A stretch of DNA of 64,000 bases from Planctomycetota bacterium (GTDB lineage Bacteria; Planctomycetota; B15-G4): contig JBBQUR010000020.1 of the NCBI GenBank assembly GCA_038212275.1, forward strand, positions 11,970 to 75,969. The letters are read 5' to 3'. Shown piece after piece: positions 9,751 through 19,985 of the stretch. The notes beneath the pieces were generated by a model, which did no database searches, was not told the DNA's origin, and saw only the letters and a program-made list of their open reading frames with translations. The translations under genes were made by a program, and so were the position numbers. The stretch's first letter is position 1. Each line of letters opens with the position of its first letter.

Positions 9751-12700
9751 TCAGGGCACCGAGCAGACCACGCACTTGAGTCCATTGCTGAAGCGCACCG
9801 GCCAGGGCGCCGGCTGATTCTGCGCGAAGGCCTGAAAGTGGAGGCTCACGCCCAGAAGTGCGGGCTCTTCGGGCAGCATGCCGCTGAGCACCGAATCCCC
9901 CGCCGCGCCGAACGGGATGGGGAGTTGCACGAGATTGGCTCCGCCCACCAGGAACTTGCCGCCGAGCAGCGGCACATTGCCGGGAAGAAAGGCCAGCATG
10001 AGCATGCCGGGACTCGGCCCCTGCGCGCCGGAGACGCGCAGCGTGAAGGGCAGACCCACGAAGGCCGGGTCCGGCGCCTCGAGCACCAGCGTGTGCGGAC
10101 CACCGAGATCCGTGCCGTACGCCTCGGGCTCGCAGCCTGCCGGCGCCGCCGGCGCCAGCACGCGCAGCTCGCCCGCACTCGTGTAGTGGCGCGAGCCGGC
10201 CGGCACGCCCGAGATGCGCACCGCATCGGCGAGCGTCGGCGTAATCGACAGCAGGTGCGACTCGTAGGACACGCCGTCGAGCCCGCCGTACTCCGGTGAG
10301 CTGACGAGCCCGGGCGCCTCCACCCAGGGCCCCTGCTCTCCGTTCCGCACCTCGACCTTCAGCGTGCCGGCGACGAAGGCGCCGCCGAGGACGGAATCCC
10401 GCCCCTCCTTGTAGAACAGTCCCGTGATCAGGCGCTTCAAGGGAAAGGCGTAGCCAAGCCAGTCCTCGGCGCCCTGGTCGCCGCCGTGCGCCGTGTCGAA
10501 CTGTCCGATCAGGCTGCTGCTGCCTTCGGGCGGATAACTGCCGTCGCGCATCACCTCGGGATCGTGATTGCCGGCGCCGGTCGGATGCGGCGGCGACAGC
10601 GTGAAGACCTTGGCGAGGATCGTCGTCGCCTGGTCGGTGATGTCGCGCACGGCGAGGACGGGCTTGATGCGCACGAGCTGCGCGCGCAGTTCCGCGCAGG
10701 TGACGTAGTGCGCGCTGCCGCCGGGCGCGCCGCGCAGACGGATCGCGTCTCCGAAGATCGGATCGAAGTGCAGCGTGTAGGTGTCGAAGCCGTGCCCGTC
10801 GAAGCCCGGTTGTCCGGCGAGCTCGAACGGATACGCGGGCTGGCTGGAGACATTCCCGACCGCCGTCCACACGCCTTCGTCGCGGACCTCCACGTGGAAG
10901 GAGCTGAACCAGCCGCCGCCCTGCGTGTGCAGGCCCTCCTGGAAGACGAGGCCGATGAAGCGCTGCTCCGGGGCGGGTGGCGCGTCCAGTTCGTAGCCCA
11001 GCCAGACGTCATTCGGGTCGCCGGCGGGATTCAGCGTGTCGAACTGCTGCAGCGGATCGGTGGTGCCGGGAGGAGGAAAGTTTCCGTCGCGCAAGATCTC
11101 GAGATCGTGCTGGCCGGGACCCTGCGAGCCCGGCGGAGTCAGCAGATCCGTCGACGCCATCGGCAGCATGGAGCCGGTGAGATCCTGGACATCAGACTCT
11201 GCGTAGACGAAGACGTGCGTGCGGCCGACCGCTCCCAGCGGATCGGAGGCGGCCAGTTCGATGCGGTGATAGATGAGCGAACCCTCGCTCCCGTGCAGGT
11301 CCAGCACGATCTCGGCGGTTGGCTCCGTGGCGTGGAAGCTGCCCGGATGCACGTGCGTGTTGTGATAGAGATCCGCGGTCCACTCCCACGCGGAGATCGG
11401 CTCGTCGTCGGGATCGGTGGCGTCGCCGACGAGCGGCAGCGTCGCGGGCGCCACGAAGGTGGTGCCCGGCACAGGCGCCAGGATGCGCGGGATGGGCGGC
11501 GCATCGCCCGCCGTGACGAGCACCGGAGAGGCGGTGGCCGAGAGGCCCAGCGAATCCGTCACCGTCAGGCGCACCTCGAAGACTCCGACACGGTCCCAGC
11601 TGTGAGAGGGCTGAAGTTCCGTCGAGGGCGGGCTGCCGTCGCCCCAGTCCCAGGACACGGTGATCGCATCGCCGTCAGGGTCGGCGCTGCCCGCAGCGCT
11701 CCACGAGACGTCGAGCGGCAGCGGCCCCGCCGTCGGCGTCAGCGCAACGGGCACGGGCACCGGCGTGAGATTGTCGACGCCGTAGCGCAGGCGATGGATG
11801 CGCTGCCCGAAAATGTCGGTGTAGTACAGCTCGCCGGTGACCGGGTGCATCGCGAGGTGCGTGGGCGAGTGGATCCCCTCGGCGAAATCGCGCACGCCCA
11901 GCAGGCTGCCGTCGGGCGCGAGGTCCACCTGGCGGATCCACTCCTGGCCGTAGTCGTAGATGAAGAGCCGGCCCTGGTACTCGGCCGGATAGGCCGTGCC
12001 GGTGTACACCGGGCCTGCCAGCGCGCAGCTTCCCGTGAAGCCGCCGAGCGGAACTCCCGCCGCGTCGACGTGCAGGCCGACCGGCACGAGCAACTCCTTG
12101 TTGTAGTGATGCCACGAGAGCGCGGGCGCGGTGAGCACGCCGGGACCCGCCGTCCCGCAGCCCGGAACTCCGGGCTGGGTGGGCGTCACCCCTTGATACA
12201 TCGTGTTGACATCCGTGCCTTCGAAGCACGGCCAGCCGAAGTTCTCGCCGCCACGGCAGATGTTGAGGTCTTCGCGGGTGTTCCAGCCGACATCGCCCAC
12301 GTAGAGCAGACCGGGTCGCCCCTGCGCAGGGTCCGCGAAGCCCGTGCCCGGCTTGAGCGTCATGCGGTACGGGTTGCGGAGGCCCAGCGCCCACACGCGG
12401 CTGCGGAGGCTGCCGACATTGCCGTCGTAGAAGGGATTGCTGGGCAGGCCGCGGCCCGTTTCCGGATCCAGGCGCAGCACCTTGCCCGCGAGGCTGTTCA
12501 GCTGCTGGGAGCGGAAGGCGCCGACATCCTGCGCCTTGGGGATCGGGCCGTGCAGGCCCGTGACGGGATGCACGAAGTCGTCGAAGCCGGCATCGTCCGC
12601 GCCGCCCGCATCCACGAAATCATAATGCGCGCCGTCCCCCGCGGAGACGAGCAGCGTGCCGTCGGCGCCGAAGACGAGCGTGCCGTTGGAGTGGCTGTGG

Positions 12701-13251
12701 TGCAGCGACGCGATGCCGTCTGGCACCGTGCCGTCGGGGAGCTGATGTCCCAGCAGCACCTGGCGGCTGCTCTCGACGGCGACGATGTCGCCCTCCTCGT
12801 CCACCTGCGTCCGGTAGCGGGTCAGGCGCGAGAAGCTGTACTGGTCGTTCTCGTTGTAGGTGAAGTCCTTGCCGGACTCGGGCGAGACCAGGTAGAGCAG
12901 GTAGACCCAGCTCGTGCTGCCGGAGTCGGGCTTCCAGCCGGGGTGCAGCGCGAAGCCGAGCAGGCCGCGATCGAGGTCGTTGTTCACCTCGTCCGCGAGG
13001 TAAATCAGCGGCTTGACGCGCAGGGTTCCGGACGCGTCGTACACCCGCACGACGCCCTGCTTCTGCACCACGAAAAGCGTGCCGTCGGGCGCGAAGGTGA
13101 GATTCACGAGGATGATGAAATCGTCGGGCAGCTCGAGGTCTTCGAAGTGAGGAGGCAGCACCTCGTCATGGGCGCGAACAGCCGGCGCCGCGAGGGACAG
13201 CGCGACCGCGCAGAGGACAAGCAGGCCCGCGGTGCGCGCCGCCAACGCCAT
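9751..13251 (-). CDS. Large secreted multidomain protein: PQQ-dependent sugar (glucose/sorbosone) dehydrogenase-like beta-propeller, PKD domain, further beta-sandwich domains, and the shared C-terminal domain
   Basis: Signal peptide MALAARTAGLLVLCAVALSLAAPAVRA. GSDH-family motifs (GLLGFALHPGW, VLRLDPETGRGLPSNPFYDG, RVWALGLRNPYRMT). PKD-like WDWGDGSPPS...VRLTVTD. The C-terminal about 110 aa are related to the CTD family of this window. The start is uncertain; M120 of the ORF is also possible. Confidence 0.7.
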   Translation of the reverse strand: MALAARTAGLLVLCAVALSLAAPAVRAHDEVLPPHFEDLELPDDFIILVNLTFAPDGTLFVVQKQGVVRVYDASGTLRVKPLIYLADEVNNDLDRGLLGFALHPGWKPDSGSTSWVYLLYLVSPESGKDFTYNENDQYSFSRLTRYRTQVDEEGDIVAVESSRQVLLGHQLPDGTVPDGIASLHHSHSNGTLVFGADGTLLVSAGDGAHYDFVDAGGADDAGFDDFVHPVTGLHGPIPKAQDVGAFRSQQLNSLAGKVLRLDPETGRGLPSNPFYDGNVGSLRSRVWALGLRNPYRMTLKPGTGFADPAQGRPGLLYVGDVGWNTREDLNICRGGENFGWPCFEGTDVNTMYQGVTPTQPGVPGCGTAGPGVLTAPALSWHHYNKELLVPVGLHVDAAGVPLGGFTGSCALAGPVYTGTAYPAEYQGRLFIYDYGQEWIRQVDLAPDGSLLGVRDFAEGIHSPTHLAMHPVTGELYYTDIFGQRIHRLRYGVDNLTPVPVPVALTPTAGPLPLDVSWSAAGSADPDGDAITVSWDWGDGSPPSTELQPSHSWDRVGVFEVRLTVTDSLGLSATASPVLVTAGDAPPIPRILAPVPGTTFVAPATLPLVGDATDPDDEPISAWEWTADLYHNTHVHPGSFHATEPTAEIVLDLHGSEGSLIYHRIELAASDPLGAVGRTHVFVYAESDVQDLTGSMLPMASTDLLTPPGSQGPGQHDLEILRDGNFPPPGTTDPLQQFDTLNPAGDPNDVWLGYELDAPPAPEQRFIGLVFQEGLHTQGGGWFSSFHVEVRDEGVWTAVGNVSSQPAYPFELAGQPGFDGHGFDTYTLHFDPIFGDAIRLRGAPGGSAHYVTCAELRAQLVRIKPVLAVRDITDQATTILAKVFTLSPPHPTGAGNHDPEVMRDGSYPPEGSSSLIGQFDTAHGGDQGAEDWLGYAFPLKRLITGLFYKEGRDSVLGGAFVAGTLKVEVRNGEQGPWVEAPGLVSSPEYGGLDGVSYESHLLSITPTLADAVRISGVPAGSRHYTSAGELRVLAPAAPAGCEPEAYGTDLGGPHTLVLEAPDPAFVGLPFTLRVSGAQGPSPGMLMLAFLPGNVPLLGGKFLVGGANLVQLPIPFGAAGDSVLSGMLPEEPALLGVSLHFQAFAQNQPAPWPVRFSNGLKCVVCSVP

Positions 13252-13621
13252 GAGCCGCTCAGGAAGGGAGACCGCGGCGCCCCATCGAGCGGGACGGGGG
13301 AATGGGCGGCGGGCGGCCATGTTTCTGCATCTCGGGTGGGAATTGCGTCGGAGCGGGTATCGGCACTTTCGCGGCGGCATGCGCAGCTCTTGCGGCGGTT
13401 CACGAGCCTGACCGTGAGCTCGGCAGGACATGCTCGCGGACACGTGGCGCGTGTCCGATCGCGTGCTGCCGAAGGGCTTCGGTGTCGTCGAGTTCCGTGA
13501 ACATCGTGGTGGTGGGCGACGGCGGCGCGGCATTCTACGGGCGGTCGCCGAAACGCGCAGCCGGCGGATTCCGGCGCCGGCGACGGTGCGTCGCGCCACC
13601 TCGGCCGCTACCGTAGCGCCC

Positions 13622-15262
13622 ATGGCGACACCGGCCCCCATCCCCGCGCGCATGCCGCGGCAGATCCCGTTCATCATCGCGAACGAGGGCTGCGAGCGCT
13701 TCAGCTTCTACGGGATGCGCAACATCCTGACCACGTTCCTGGCCGGCGCCTTCTTCGCCGGCCTGACGACGGCGGAGGCCGAGAGCGAAGCCAAGGACAT
13801 CTTTCACGTCTTCGTGCTGGGCGTGTACTTCTTCCCGTTGCTGGGCGGCTGGCTGTCGGACCGCTTCTTCGGCAAGTACCGCACCATCCTGTGGGTCTCG
13901 CTCATCTACTGCCTGGGGCATGCATGCCTCGCGGCGTACGAGGACGTGCCCGGCGGCTTCTACTTCGGGCTGTTCCTCATCGCGCTGGGGTCGGGCGGCA
14001 TCAAGCCGCTGGTGTCCACGTTCATGGGCGACCAGTTCGACCAGCGCAACAAGCACCTGGCCAAGGTCGCCTTCGACGGCTTCTACTGGATCATCAATTT
14101 CGGGTCCTTCTTCGCGTCGCTCGTGATGCCCAAGCTGCTGCAGGGCTGGGGCCCCGCCGCGTGGTGGGGACTCTCGCCGGCGTCGGTGGCCTTCGGGATC
14201 CCCGGCATCCTCATGGCCATCGCCACGCTGTTCTTCTGGATCGGGCGCAGGCGCTACGTGATGGTGCCGCAGACGCCGCCGGATCCGCACTCGTTCGCGT
14301 GCGTGGTGCGCACCGCGCTCACGGCCCGCGGCGGCAGCCCGGGCGTCGCGGGCAGTCGAGGCGGCGTCGCGGGCGGCGACGGGGGCAGCCGCCCGGGCCT
14401 CGTGGTCGCCTGCCTCGGCGGGTTGTTCGCGCTCGGCTCGATCGCGCTCATTCCCCTGCTGCACTGGACCAGCGGCAAGGACATCGTCATCGCGCTCTGC
14501 CTCGCCCTGGTGTTCGTGCTCATCGGCGTGGGCACCGGCGCGTGGATGCAGCTCGAGCGCGCGCGCGGCAGCCATCCCGACGAGGCCGTGGACGGCGTGC
14601 GCTCCGTGCTCCGCGTGCTGGTGATCTTCGCGCTGGTCACGCCCTTCTGGTCACTCTTCGACCAGAAGGCCTCCACCTGGGTCTTCCAGGCCGGCGAGAT
14701 GACCAAGCCCGACTGGTTCAGTCCGGCGCAGATGCAGGCCGTCAACCCGGCGCTGGTGCTGCTGCTCATCCCCTTCAACAATCTCGTCGTCTATCCCTTC
14801 ATGCGGCGCCGCGGCCGCGAGCCGAGCCAGCTGGGTCGCATGGGACTGGGCATCGCGCTCTCCGGCGCGTCGTGGATTGCCGCCGGCTCGCTGCAGCTCG
14901 TGCTCGACGCCGGGCAGCCCGTTTCCATCGCGTGGCAGCTCCTGCCGTATCTGCTGCTCACGGCGGGCGAGGTGCTGGTGTCGGCGACGGGCCTCGAGTT
15001 CGCCTACAGCCAGGCGCCGCCCGCGATGAAGGGCGTCATCATGAGCTTCTGGAGCCTGGCGGTGACCGTCGGCAATCTGTGGGTGCTCATTGTGAATGCC
15101 GCCGTGAAGAACGATGCCGTCAACGAGGCCATCCTCGGCACGGGCCTGTCCCTCATCGCCTTCCAGATGTTCTTCTTCGCGGCCTTCGCCTTCGCCGCGG
15201 CGCTGGCCTTCCACGCCGTCGCGCGCCGCTACCGCATGGTGGACAACTACCGGCGAGCCTGA
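13622..15262 (+). CDS. Proton-dependent oligopeptide transporter (POT/PTR2 family, MFS)
   Basis: The PTR2 signature ERFSFYGMRNILTTFL is near the N-terminus, and there are about 12-14 TM helices. Start chosen at MATPAPIPARMPRQIPF. Confidence 0.75.
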   Translation: MATPAPIPARMPRQIPFIIANEGCERFSFYGMRNILTTFLAGAFFAGLTTAEAESEAKDIFHVFVLGVYFFPLLGGWLSDRFFGKYRTILWVSLIYCLGHACLAAYEDVPGGFYFGLFLIALGSGGIKPLVSTFMGDQFDQRNKHLAKVAFDGFYWIINFGSFFASLVMPKLLQGWGPAAWWGLSPASVAFGIPGILMAIATLFFWIGRRRYVMVPQTPPDPHSFACVVRTALTARGGSPGVAGSRGGVAGGDGGSRPGLVVACLGGLFALGSIALIPLLHWTSGKDIVIALCLALVFVLIGVGTGAWMQLERARGSHPDEAVDGVRSVLRVLVIFALVTPFWSLFDQKASTWVFQAGEMTKPDWFSPAQMQAVNPALVLLLIPFNNLVVYPFMRRRGREPSQLGRMGLGIALSGASWIAAGSLQLVLDAGQPVSIAWQLLPYLLLTAGEVLVSATGLEFAYSQAPPAMKGVIMSFWSLAVTVGNLWVLIVNAAVKNDAVNEAILGTGLSLIAFQMFFFAAFAFAAALAFHAVARRYRMVDNYRRA

Positions 15263-15409
15263 GCGCCCGATTCGACAGCGACACGCACGCGCGTCCCGAG
15301 CTGCGCGCTTCAGCCGCTGATCGCACAACGGATCCGGCAGCAGATCGCAGGGCCGTCGGGTGCCGCCCATCCATCTCATGCTCGGCCACGGGAAGGATGC
15401 CGCGCCGGC

Positions 15410-17140
15410 TCACTGCCAGTGCACGTCCTGCCCTACCGGACACTCCACCTGGAAGACGTAGGCGATCGTGGTGGGGCTGCCGGCGGCCGCGTCGAGCGTC
15501 CAGCGCAGCATGCCGGACTTGGGATCGAGCGTGTGCGGGCGGCTGGACTCGAGGAACGTGACCTGAATCTCCGCGGTGGTCGAGACGGGAATCTGGTCCG
15601 TCACCTCGACCTCGACGGCGCGCTGGTTGAAACTCTCGACCACGATCTCGTAGCGATACGTGATGACCTGCGACAGGCGGAAGGCCTCGGGCCCCTTGAC
15701 GGTGCGCGAGACGAGATGCCTGTCCACGATGAGGCCGTCGTCCGGGCCGAAGCCGAAGGCGAGGCCCTCGTTCTGTGCGGCGCCGGACTGCTGCGATGTG
15801 CCGATGTAGGACTCGTCGCCGAAGATGGCCACGCTGCCCTCGAGGATCGGGTGGCCCGTCGTGTTCACGATCTCGCCCTGCAGCAGCACCGAGTTGCCCA
15901 GCGCGGGTGTCGCCACGTACTTCAGCTTCGCGGGCACGGTTGCGCTGAAGGCCACGACCTTGTGTGGCGCCGAGTTGAACGGGATCGACTCGCGCTGCGC
16001 AACTTCGTAGCGCACCGCGGCGAAGCGGTCCACGAGCCTGGACATCGCGTTGCGGATCACGTCCGCGTTGAGGCCGTACTGGACCAGCGCCTGCTCGCTG
16101 TAGCGCGACAGCAGCTCAAGGTTCCGGCGGAAGGTCTCGCGATCCTGGCGCCGCTGGAAGCGCCCCGTCATCCACTTCTGCAGCGAGCCCTGCGCCACGG
16201 CGTTGAGCACTCCCACCTCCTGCGCGATCTTGATCATCTGCGTCGCATCGAGGCTGGCCTGCATCGGCGTGAGTTCGGGCAGCGCGAGTTCCAGGTCCGG
16301 CCGGGTCATCGCCAGCGACAGCTCCACGTCGTCCCAGGCCTCGCCCGTCCACTGCATGACCTGGCCGTAGCCGGTGATTTCGATCTGCTCCGTCGCGCGG
16401 TCGAGGTGCACGTCGTAGCTGGGCTTCCACACGGCCCCCTCGACCATGTAGTGGATCTCGACGCGCGTCGGACCGCCGGTCTCGGAGTGGAACGAGACAA
16501 GCGCCTCCTTGACCTCCAACGGCTGGCGGCCGGCGAATTCCTTGCGCTCGTCGCTGCGCGCGGAGAGCTCCTTGCCCAGGCTGCGCTCGTGCGCCTCGAT
16601 GGCGCGACGCTGATCGTCGCAGCGCTGGAGGCCGGCATCCACGAAGGCGAGCACGTTCTCCCACTCCGCGACGGTGGGCCGGCTGTCGGTCAGCTCGCGC
16701 GTCATGTCGCCGCCCAGCCGGCCCTTTACCGACGCGTAGAACGCGGCCTGCTCCGCCAGCCGCGCCTTGCCATCCGACTCCGCCGACAGCTCATCCGTCA
16801 GCTCCTGGATGCGCGCATCCAGCACGTTGATTTCCTCCGAGACCGACTCGTTGAGGAACACCTTCTGGATCTCGGTGCCGGCGATCCGCGCCCCCGCGGA
16901 GACGCTGGCTCGCAGCGTGTTCGGATTGAGAAGCGGAATGAGATTGAGAAAGCGCACGGCATTGAGGCCAGGCACCGCTTCCACGCTGATCTCCCGCGTG
17001 ACCTCCGCGTGCTCCGGGTACACGACGACATGCGTGATGCGCGAGGCGCCGGGGGCCGGCGGCTGCGGGGTGGCGGGCGGCTGCTGCACGAAGCTTGCGG
17101 CCAGCATCAGCGGCACGACGAAGAGGTCATTCCCGAACAT
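15410..17140 (-). CDS. DUF4140/DUF4139 family protein (mucoidy-inhibitor MuiA-like), secreted, with a central coiled coil
   Basis: It has the architecture typical of TIGR02231-like proteins (an N-terminal beta-rich domain, a coiled coil, and C-terminal DUF4139). Signal peptide MFGNDLFVVPLMLAASFVQQ. The first 59 codons of the ORF track look like non-coding read-through. Confidence 0.5.
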   Translation of the reverse strand: MFGNDLFVVPLMLAASFVQQPPATPQPPAPGASRITHVVVYPEHAEVTREISVEAVPGLNAVRFLNLIPLLNPNTLRASVSAGARIAGTEIQKVFLNESVSEEINVLDARIQELTDELSAESDGKARLAEQAAFYASVKGRLGGDMTRELTDSRPTVAEWENVLAFVDAGLQRCDDQRRAIEAHERSLGKELSARSDERKEFAGRQPLEVKEALVSFHSETGGPTRVEIHYMVEGAVWKPSYDVHLDRATEQIEITGYGQVMQWTGEAWDDVELSLAMTRPDLELALPELTPMQASLDATQMIKIAQEVGVLNAVAQGSLQKWMTGRFQRRQDRETFRRNLELLSRYSEQALVQYGLNADVIRNAMSRLVDRFAAVRYEVAQRESIPFNSAPHKVVAFSATVPAKLKYVATPALGNSVLLQGEIVNTTGHPILEGSVAIFGDESYIGTSQQSGAAQNEGLAFGFGPDDGLIVDRHLVSRTVKGPEAFRLSQVITYRYEIVVESFNQRAVEVEVTDQIPVSTTAEIQVTFLESSRPHTLDPKSGMLRWTLDAAAGSPTTIAYVFQVECPVGQDVHWQ

Positions 17141-17282
17141 CGCTGCGTCTCTCCAGCCTCGGTGCGCACGGCGCCCGTCCGGAGGCGGAGCCGCAGCCGC
17201 GTCTTGAAGAGACACAGCGGACGGCACGCGCTCCGGATCTGCCGACGATGAAGTAGCGGCACGCGACGCGTGGTTACACGTC

Positions 17283-17348
17283 GCGTCGCTCAGCCGGCCG
17301 TCGCGCTCAGCTGGCACGCGCGCTCAGTCGGTTGTCGCACTCAGCCGG
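17283..17348. repeat. Degenerate tandem repeat (about 15-17 nt unit containing GCTCAGCCGG, 4 copies) at the 3' end of the NUDIX gene
   Basis: Seen in the sequence: tcgctcagccggccg / tcgcgctcagctggcac / gcgcgctcagtcggttg / tcgcactcagccggccc. Confidence 0.5.
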
Positions 17349-17881
17349 CCCGCGCGCAGTTCCTGATCGAGGCGCATCAGCGCGCAGAGCGTCTTGCCGT
17401 CGGTGATCTCCCCGCGTGCGACGAGCTCCAGCGCCTCGGCGAACGGAAGGCGCACCAGCTCGATGAGTTCATCCTGCTCCAGCGCCTGCGGCACCGCTGA
17501 GAGCGCCGTCGCGGCGTAGAGCCAGATGCGCTCGTCGGTGAAGCCCGGCGTCGTGTGGATCACGCCCAACGGGGTCAGCACGCCGGGCAGCAGCCCCGCC
17601 TCTTCCTGCACCTCGCGCAGCGCGCACTGCTCGGGCGACTCGCCCGGATCGAGCTTTCCCGCCGGCGCCTCGAGGATGGTGCCACCCGCCGCGTAGCGAT
17701 ACTGCCGGATGAGCGTGAGGCTTCCATCTTCGTGCAGCGGCAGCACCGCGGCCGCGCCTGGATGCTCGATGAATTCCAGATCCACCTCCTGGCCGTCGGG
17801 AAGCCGCACGCGATCCACGTTCACCGTGAGGATGCGTCCCCGGTACGCAACGCGGCGCGAGATGCGTTCGCTCATGCTCAT
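17324..17881 (-). CDS. NUDIX hydrolase (ADP-ribose pyrophosphatase-like)
   Basis: Nudix box GKLDPGESPEQCALREVQEEAG (G-x5-E-x7-R-E-V-x-E-E-x-G). Start at MSMSERISRRV. Confidence 0.7.
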   Translation of the reverse strand: MSMSERISRRVAYRGRILTVNVDRVRLPDGQEVDLEFIEHPGAAAVLPLHEDGSLTLIRQYRYAAGGTILEAPAGKLDPGESPEQCALREVQEEAGLLPGVLTPLGVIHTTPGFTDERIWLYAATALSAVPQALEQDELIELVRLPFAEALELVARGEITDGKTLCALMRLDQELRAGRLSATTD

Positions 17882-17896
17882 CGTCGCCTCATCGCC

Positions 17897-17951
17897 GCCT
17901 CGTGGTCGCCTCGTGGTCGCCTCGTGGTCGCCTTGTGGTTGCCTTGTGGCC
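17897..17951. repeat. 11-nt tandem repeat (gcctcgtggtc x3 plus two variants) immediately upstream of the NUDIX start codon
   Basis: Seen in the sequence. In mRNA sense it reads GACCACGAGGC repeated, ending GAGGCGGCGATGAGCATG. Confidence 0.6.
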
Positions 17952-17971
17952 GCGCGCATGTCGCGGCTGTG

Positions 17972-19034
17972 TCAGCGGCCGGCCGGCGCCGGCGCTTCCG
18001 CAGAGACCGCCGGATCGGGCTCATGCGCCTTGGCGGCCCGCGCGAGTTCGGCCTCCGCGGCGATGCGACCGAAGGCGGCCCACATCTCCGCGCCGGCCAC
18101 CTGCTTCAGGAGTTCCGTGCCGCGCTCGAGGTGGCCCTGCGCGAGCTGCCACTGCGCGATGCCGTAGCCCAGCGTCGCAAAGTCGACCGACGTTTCGCCC
18201 GTGGGTGCGAGGCCAGCGAGCACCTCGTCCGGGTCCTTCAGGCCGCGATAGACGAGCACCGCGTCGTGGTAGGCGTGGTAGTCCACGATGTCCATCTCGG
18301 GCGTGATGGACGCGATGGCCGCGGCTGCCTCGTCGGGGCGCCCGAGCTTCTGCAGCGTCAGCCAGGTCCAGTGCGCGACCATCGCGCGGCCGTCGCCGTT
18401 CTTCACGCAACGGCCCGTGGCCTCCCATTCGGCCAGCGCGGCTTCCCACTCGCCGCGCATGTAGTGCGCCAGGCCGAGGTGGTAATGGATGTTCTCGTGG
18501 AAGGTGTCGAGCACCACGCCCAGGCTGTTCGGGTTCGTCGGCGGCTCGTCCTCGTCCGGCTGGCCCTGCACGAGTTCGGCGGCGCGCGCGAGGTCCTCGA
18601 CGGCCTTGTCGAACTGCCGCAGCGTGATGTAGCGGTGGCCGCGGAAGCGCAGCAGGTGCGCGTCCTCGGGATGCAGCTGCAGGCCCACGCTGAAGAGCGC
18701 GACGGCCTCCTTGTACTTGCCCATGGCGGCGAAGCGGCGCCCGAGCCAGGTGATGGACTCGGGGTCGTTCGGGCGCTCGCCGTAACGCTGCTGCGCCTTC
18801 TCGAGCGCCTGCTTGGCGCGCGCGAGCTCCGCGGCCGGCAGGGGCGGAATGTCCAGCGGCTCCCCGAGGAGCGACGTGGTCTGCGGCGTGGCGGCCGGTG
18901 CGGCCACCCTGGCGCCGGCCTGCGGATGCACCTTGGCGGCGGCGTCCTGGGGTGCGGCCGGAGGCGCCATCAGGGCAAGACCCAGGCACACGCTCGCGCA
19001 CCGAACTGCCGCCATCGCCGATCGTGCTGACATG
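17972..19034 (-). CDS. Secreted TPR-repeat protein (354 aa)
   Basis: Signal peptide MSARSAMAAVRCASVCLGLALMAPPAAPQ followed by several TPR-like helical hairpins (AMGKYKEAVALFSVGLQLHPEDAH..., YHLGLAHYMRGEWEAALAEWE). The longer ORF-track entry (651 aa) extends over sodC antisense and is rejected. Confidence 0.6.
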
Positions 19035-19242
19035 GGACCTCTCCGACACCCGGTTCGCGGCCGTCGCCGCAGCACGCGCTGCGGGACCGGCGGATCGCCC
19101 GTGATGGTACAGCGCGAGCGCCGGGCACCGATGGCAAAGTCACTCGCATCTGGACGAGCCCGCTGCGGTTCGGAGAATGAGCCGGGCATTCTGCGTGCCA
19201 TGCGCGAGTCTGCCCCGCCGCCCGCCGGCCTGCCCGGCGGGC

Positions 19243-19282
19243 CACGCATCCACGCATCCACGCATCCACGCATCCACGCATC
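19243..19282. repeat. 8-nt microsatellite (CACGCATC x5) about 35 nt upstream of the sodC start codon
   Basis: Seen in the sequence: cacgcatccacgcatccacgcatccacgcatccacgcatc. Confidence 0.7.
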
Positions 19283-19316
19283 AAGGCTCCGCTTCCCATC
19301 CCGATCCGAGGTCGAC

Positions 19317-19940
19317 ATGAAGACGAGTTCACTGTCCTGGTGCTGTCTGCTCCTGCTCGCGGCGTGCGCGTCGCACGATGACGGCTCGAAGGCGAAGGAC
19401 GCGCAGTCCAAGGCCGCGATGAAAGCGCCCGTCGCGGCGACGACGACCGGCAGCACGGCCACTGCCCCGGACGGCACGATGCCGGCCAGTGCCCCGCGAC
19501 GCGCGGTCGCCAAGCTCGTGGCGGCGTCCGACTCGAACGTCACCGGGACGGTCACCTTCACGCAACAGGCCGGCGGCGTCGAGGTGCGCGCGCACGTCGA
19601 GCACCTCACGGCCGGCAAGCACGGCTTCCACGTCCACGAGATGGGCGATTGCAGCGCGCACGACGGCGCCTCGGCGGGCGGCCACTTCAACCCTGACACC
19701 AAGCCGCACGGCGACCGCCTCGCCGCCGAGCGCCACGTCGGCGATCTCGGCAATCTCGTCGCCGACGGCTCCGGCGTCGCGGACGTCGTGTTCGTCGACA
19801 CGGAGCTCGCGCTCTCCGGCCCGCATTCGATCGTGAACCGCTCGATCATGGTGCACGCCGACCCCGACGATGGCACCACGCAGCCCACCGGCAACTCCGG
19901 CAAGCGCATCGCCTGCGGCGTCATCAATGCCGAGCCGTAG
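19317..19940 (+). CDS. sodC: Copper/zinc superoxide dismutase, lipoprotein form
   Basis: Lipobox LLLAAC. Cu/Zn-SOD motifs GFHVHEMGDCS, GGHFNP, HVGDLGN and GKRIACGVI. Confidence 0.85.
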   Translation: MKTSSLSWCCLLLLAACASHDDGSKAKDAQSKAAMKAPVAATTTGSTATAPDGTMPASAPRRAVAKLVAASDSNVTGTVTFTQQAGGVEVRAHVEHLTAGKHGFHVHEMGDCSAHDGASAGGHFNPDTKPHGDRLAAERHVGDLGNLVADGSGVADVVFVDTELALSGPHSIVNRSIMVHADPDDGTTQPTGNSGKRIACGVINAEP

Positions 19941-19943
19941 ACG

Positions 19944-19985
19944 CAGGGGCTGAGGCGCCTTGCGCCGAGCCAGCCTCAGCCCAGC
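19944..19985. terminator. GC-rich hairpin between the convergent sodC and cphA-paralog genes (candidate bidirectional terminator)
   Basis: Inverted repeat GGGCTGAGGC ... GCCTCAGCCC (10-bp stem, about 16-nt loop) directly after the sodC stop. It overlaps the last codons of the convergent gene. No clear U-tract. Confidence 0.3.

Noticed and set aside
17972-19927. 651-aa minus-strand ORF spanning the TPR gene and the sodC region
   Set aside because: Only the 3' 354 codons form a coherent protein (signal peptide plus TPR repeats). The upstream part is antisense to the clearly conserved sodC gene.
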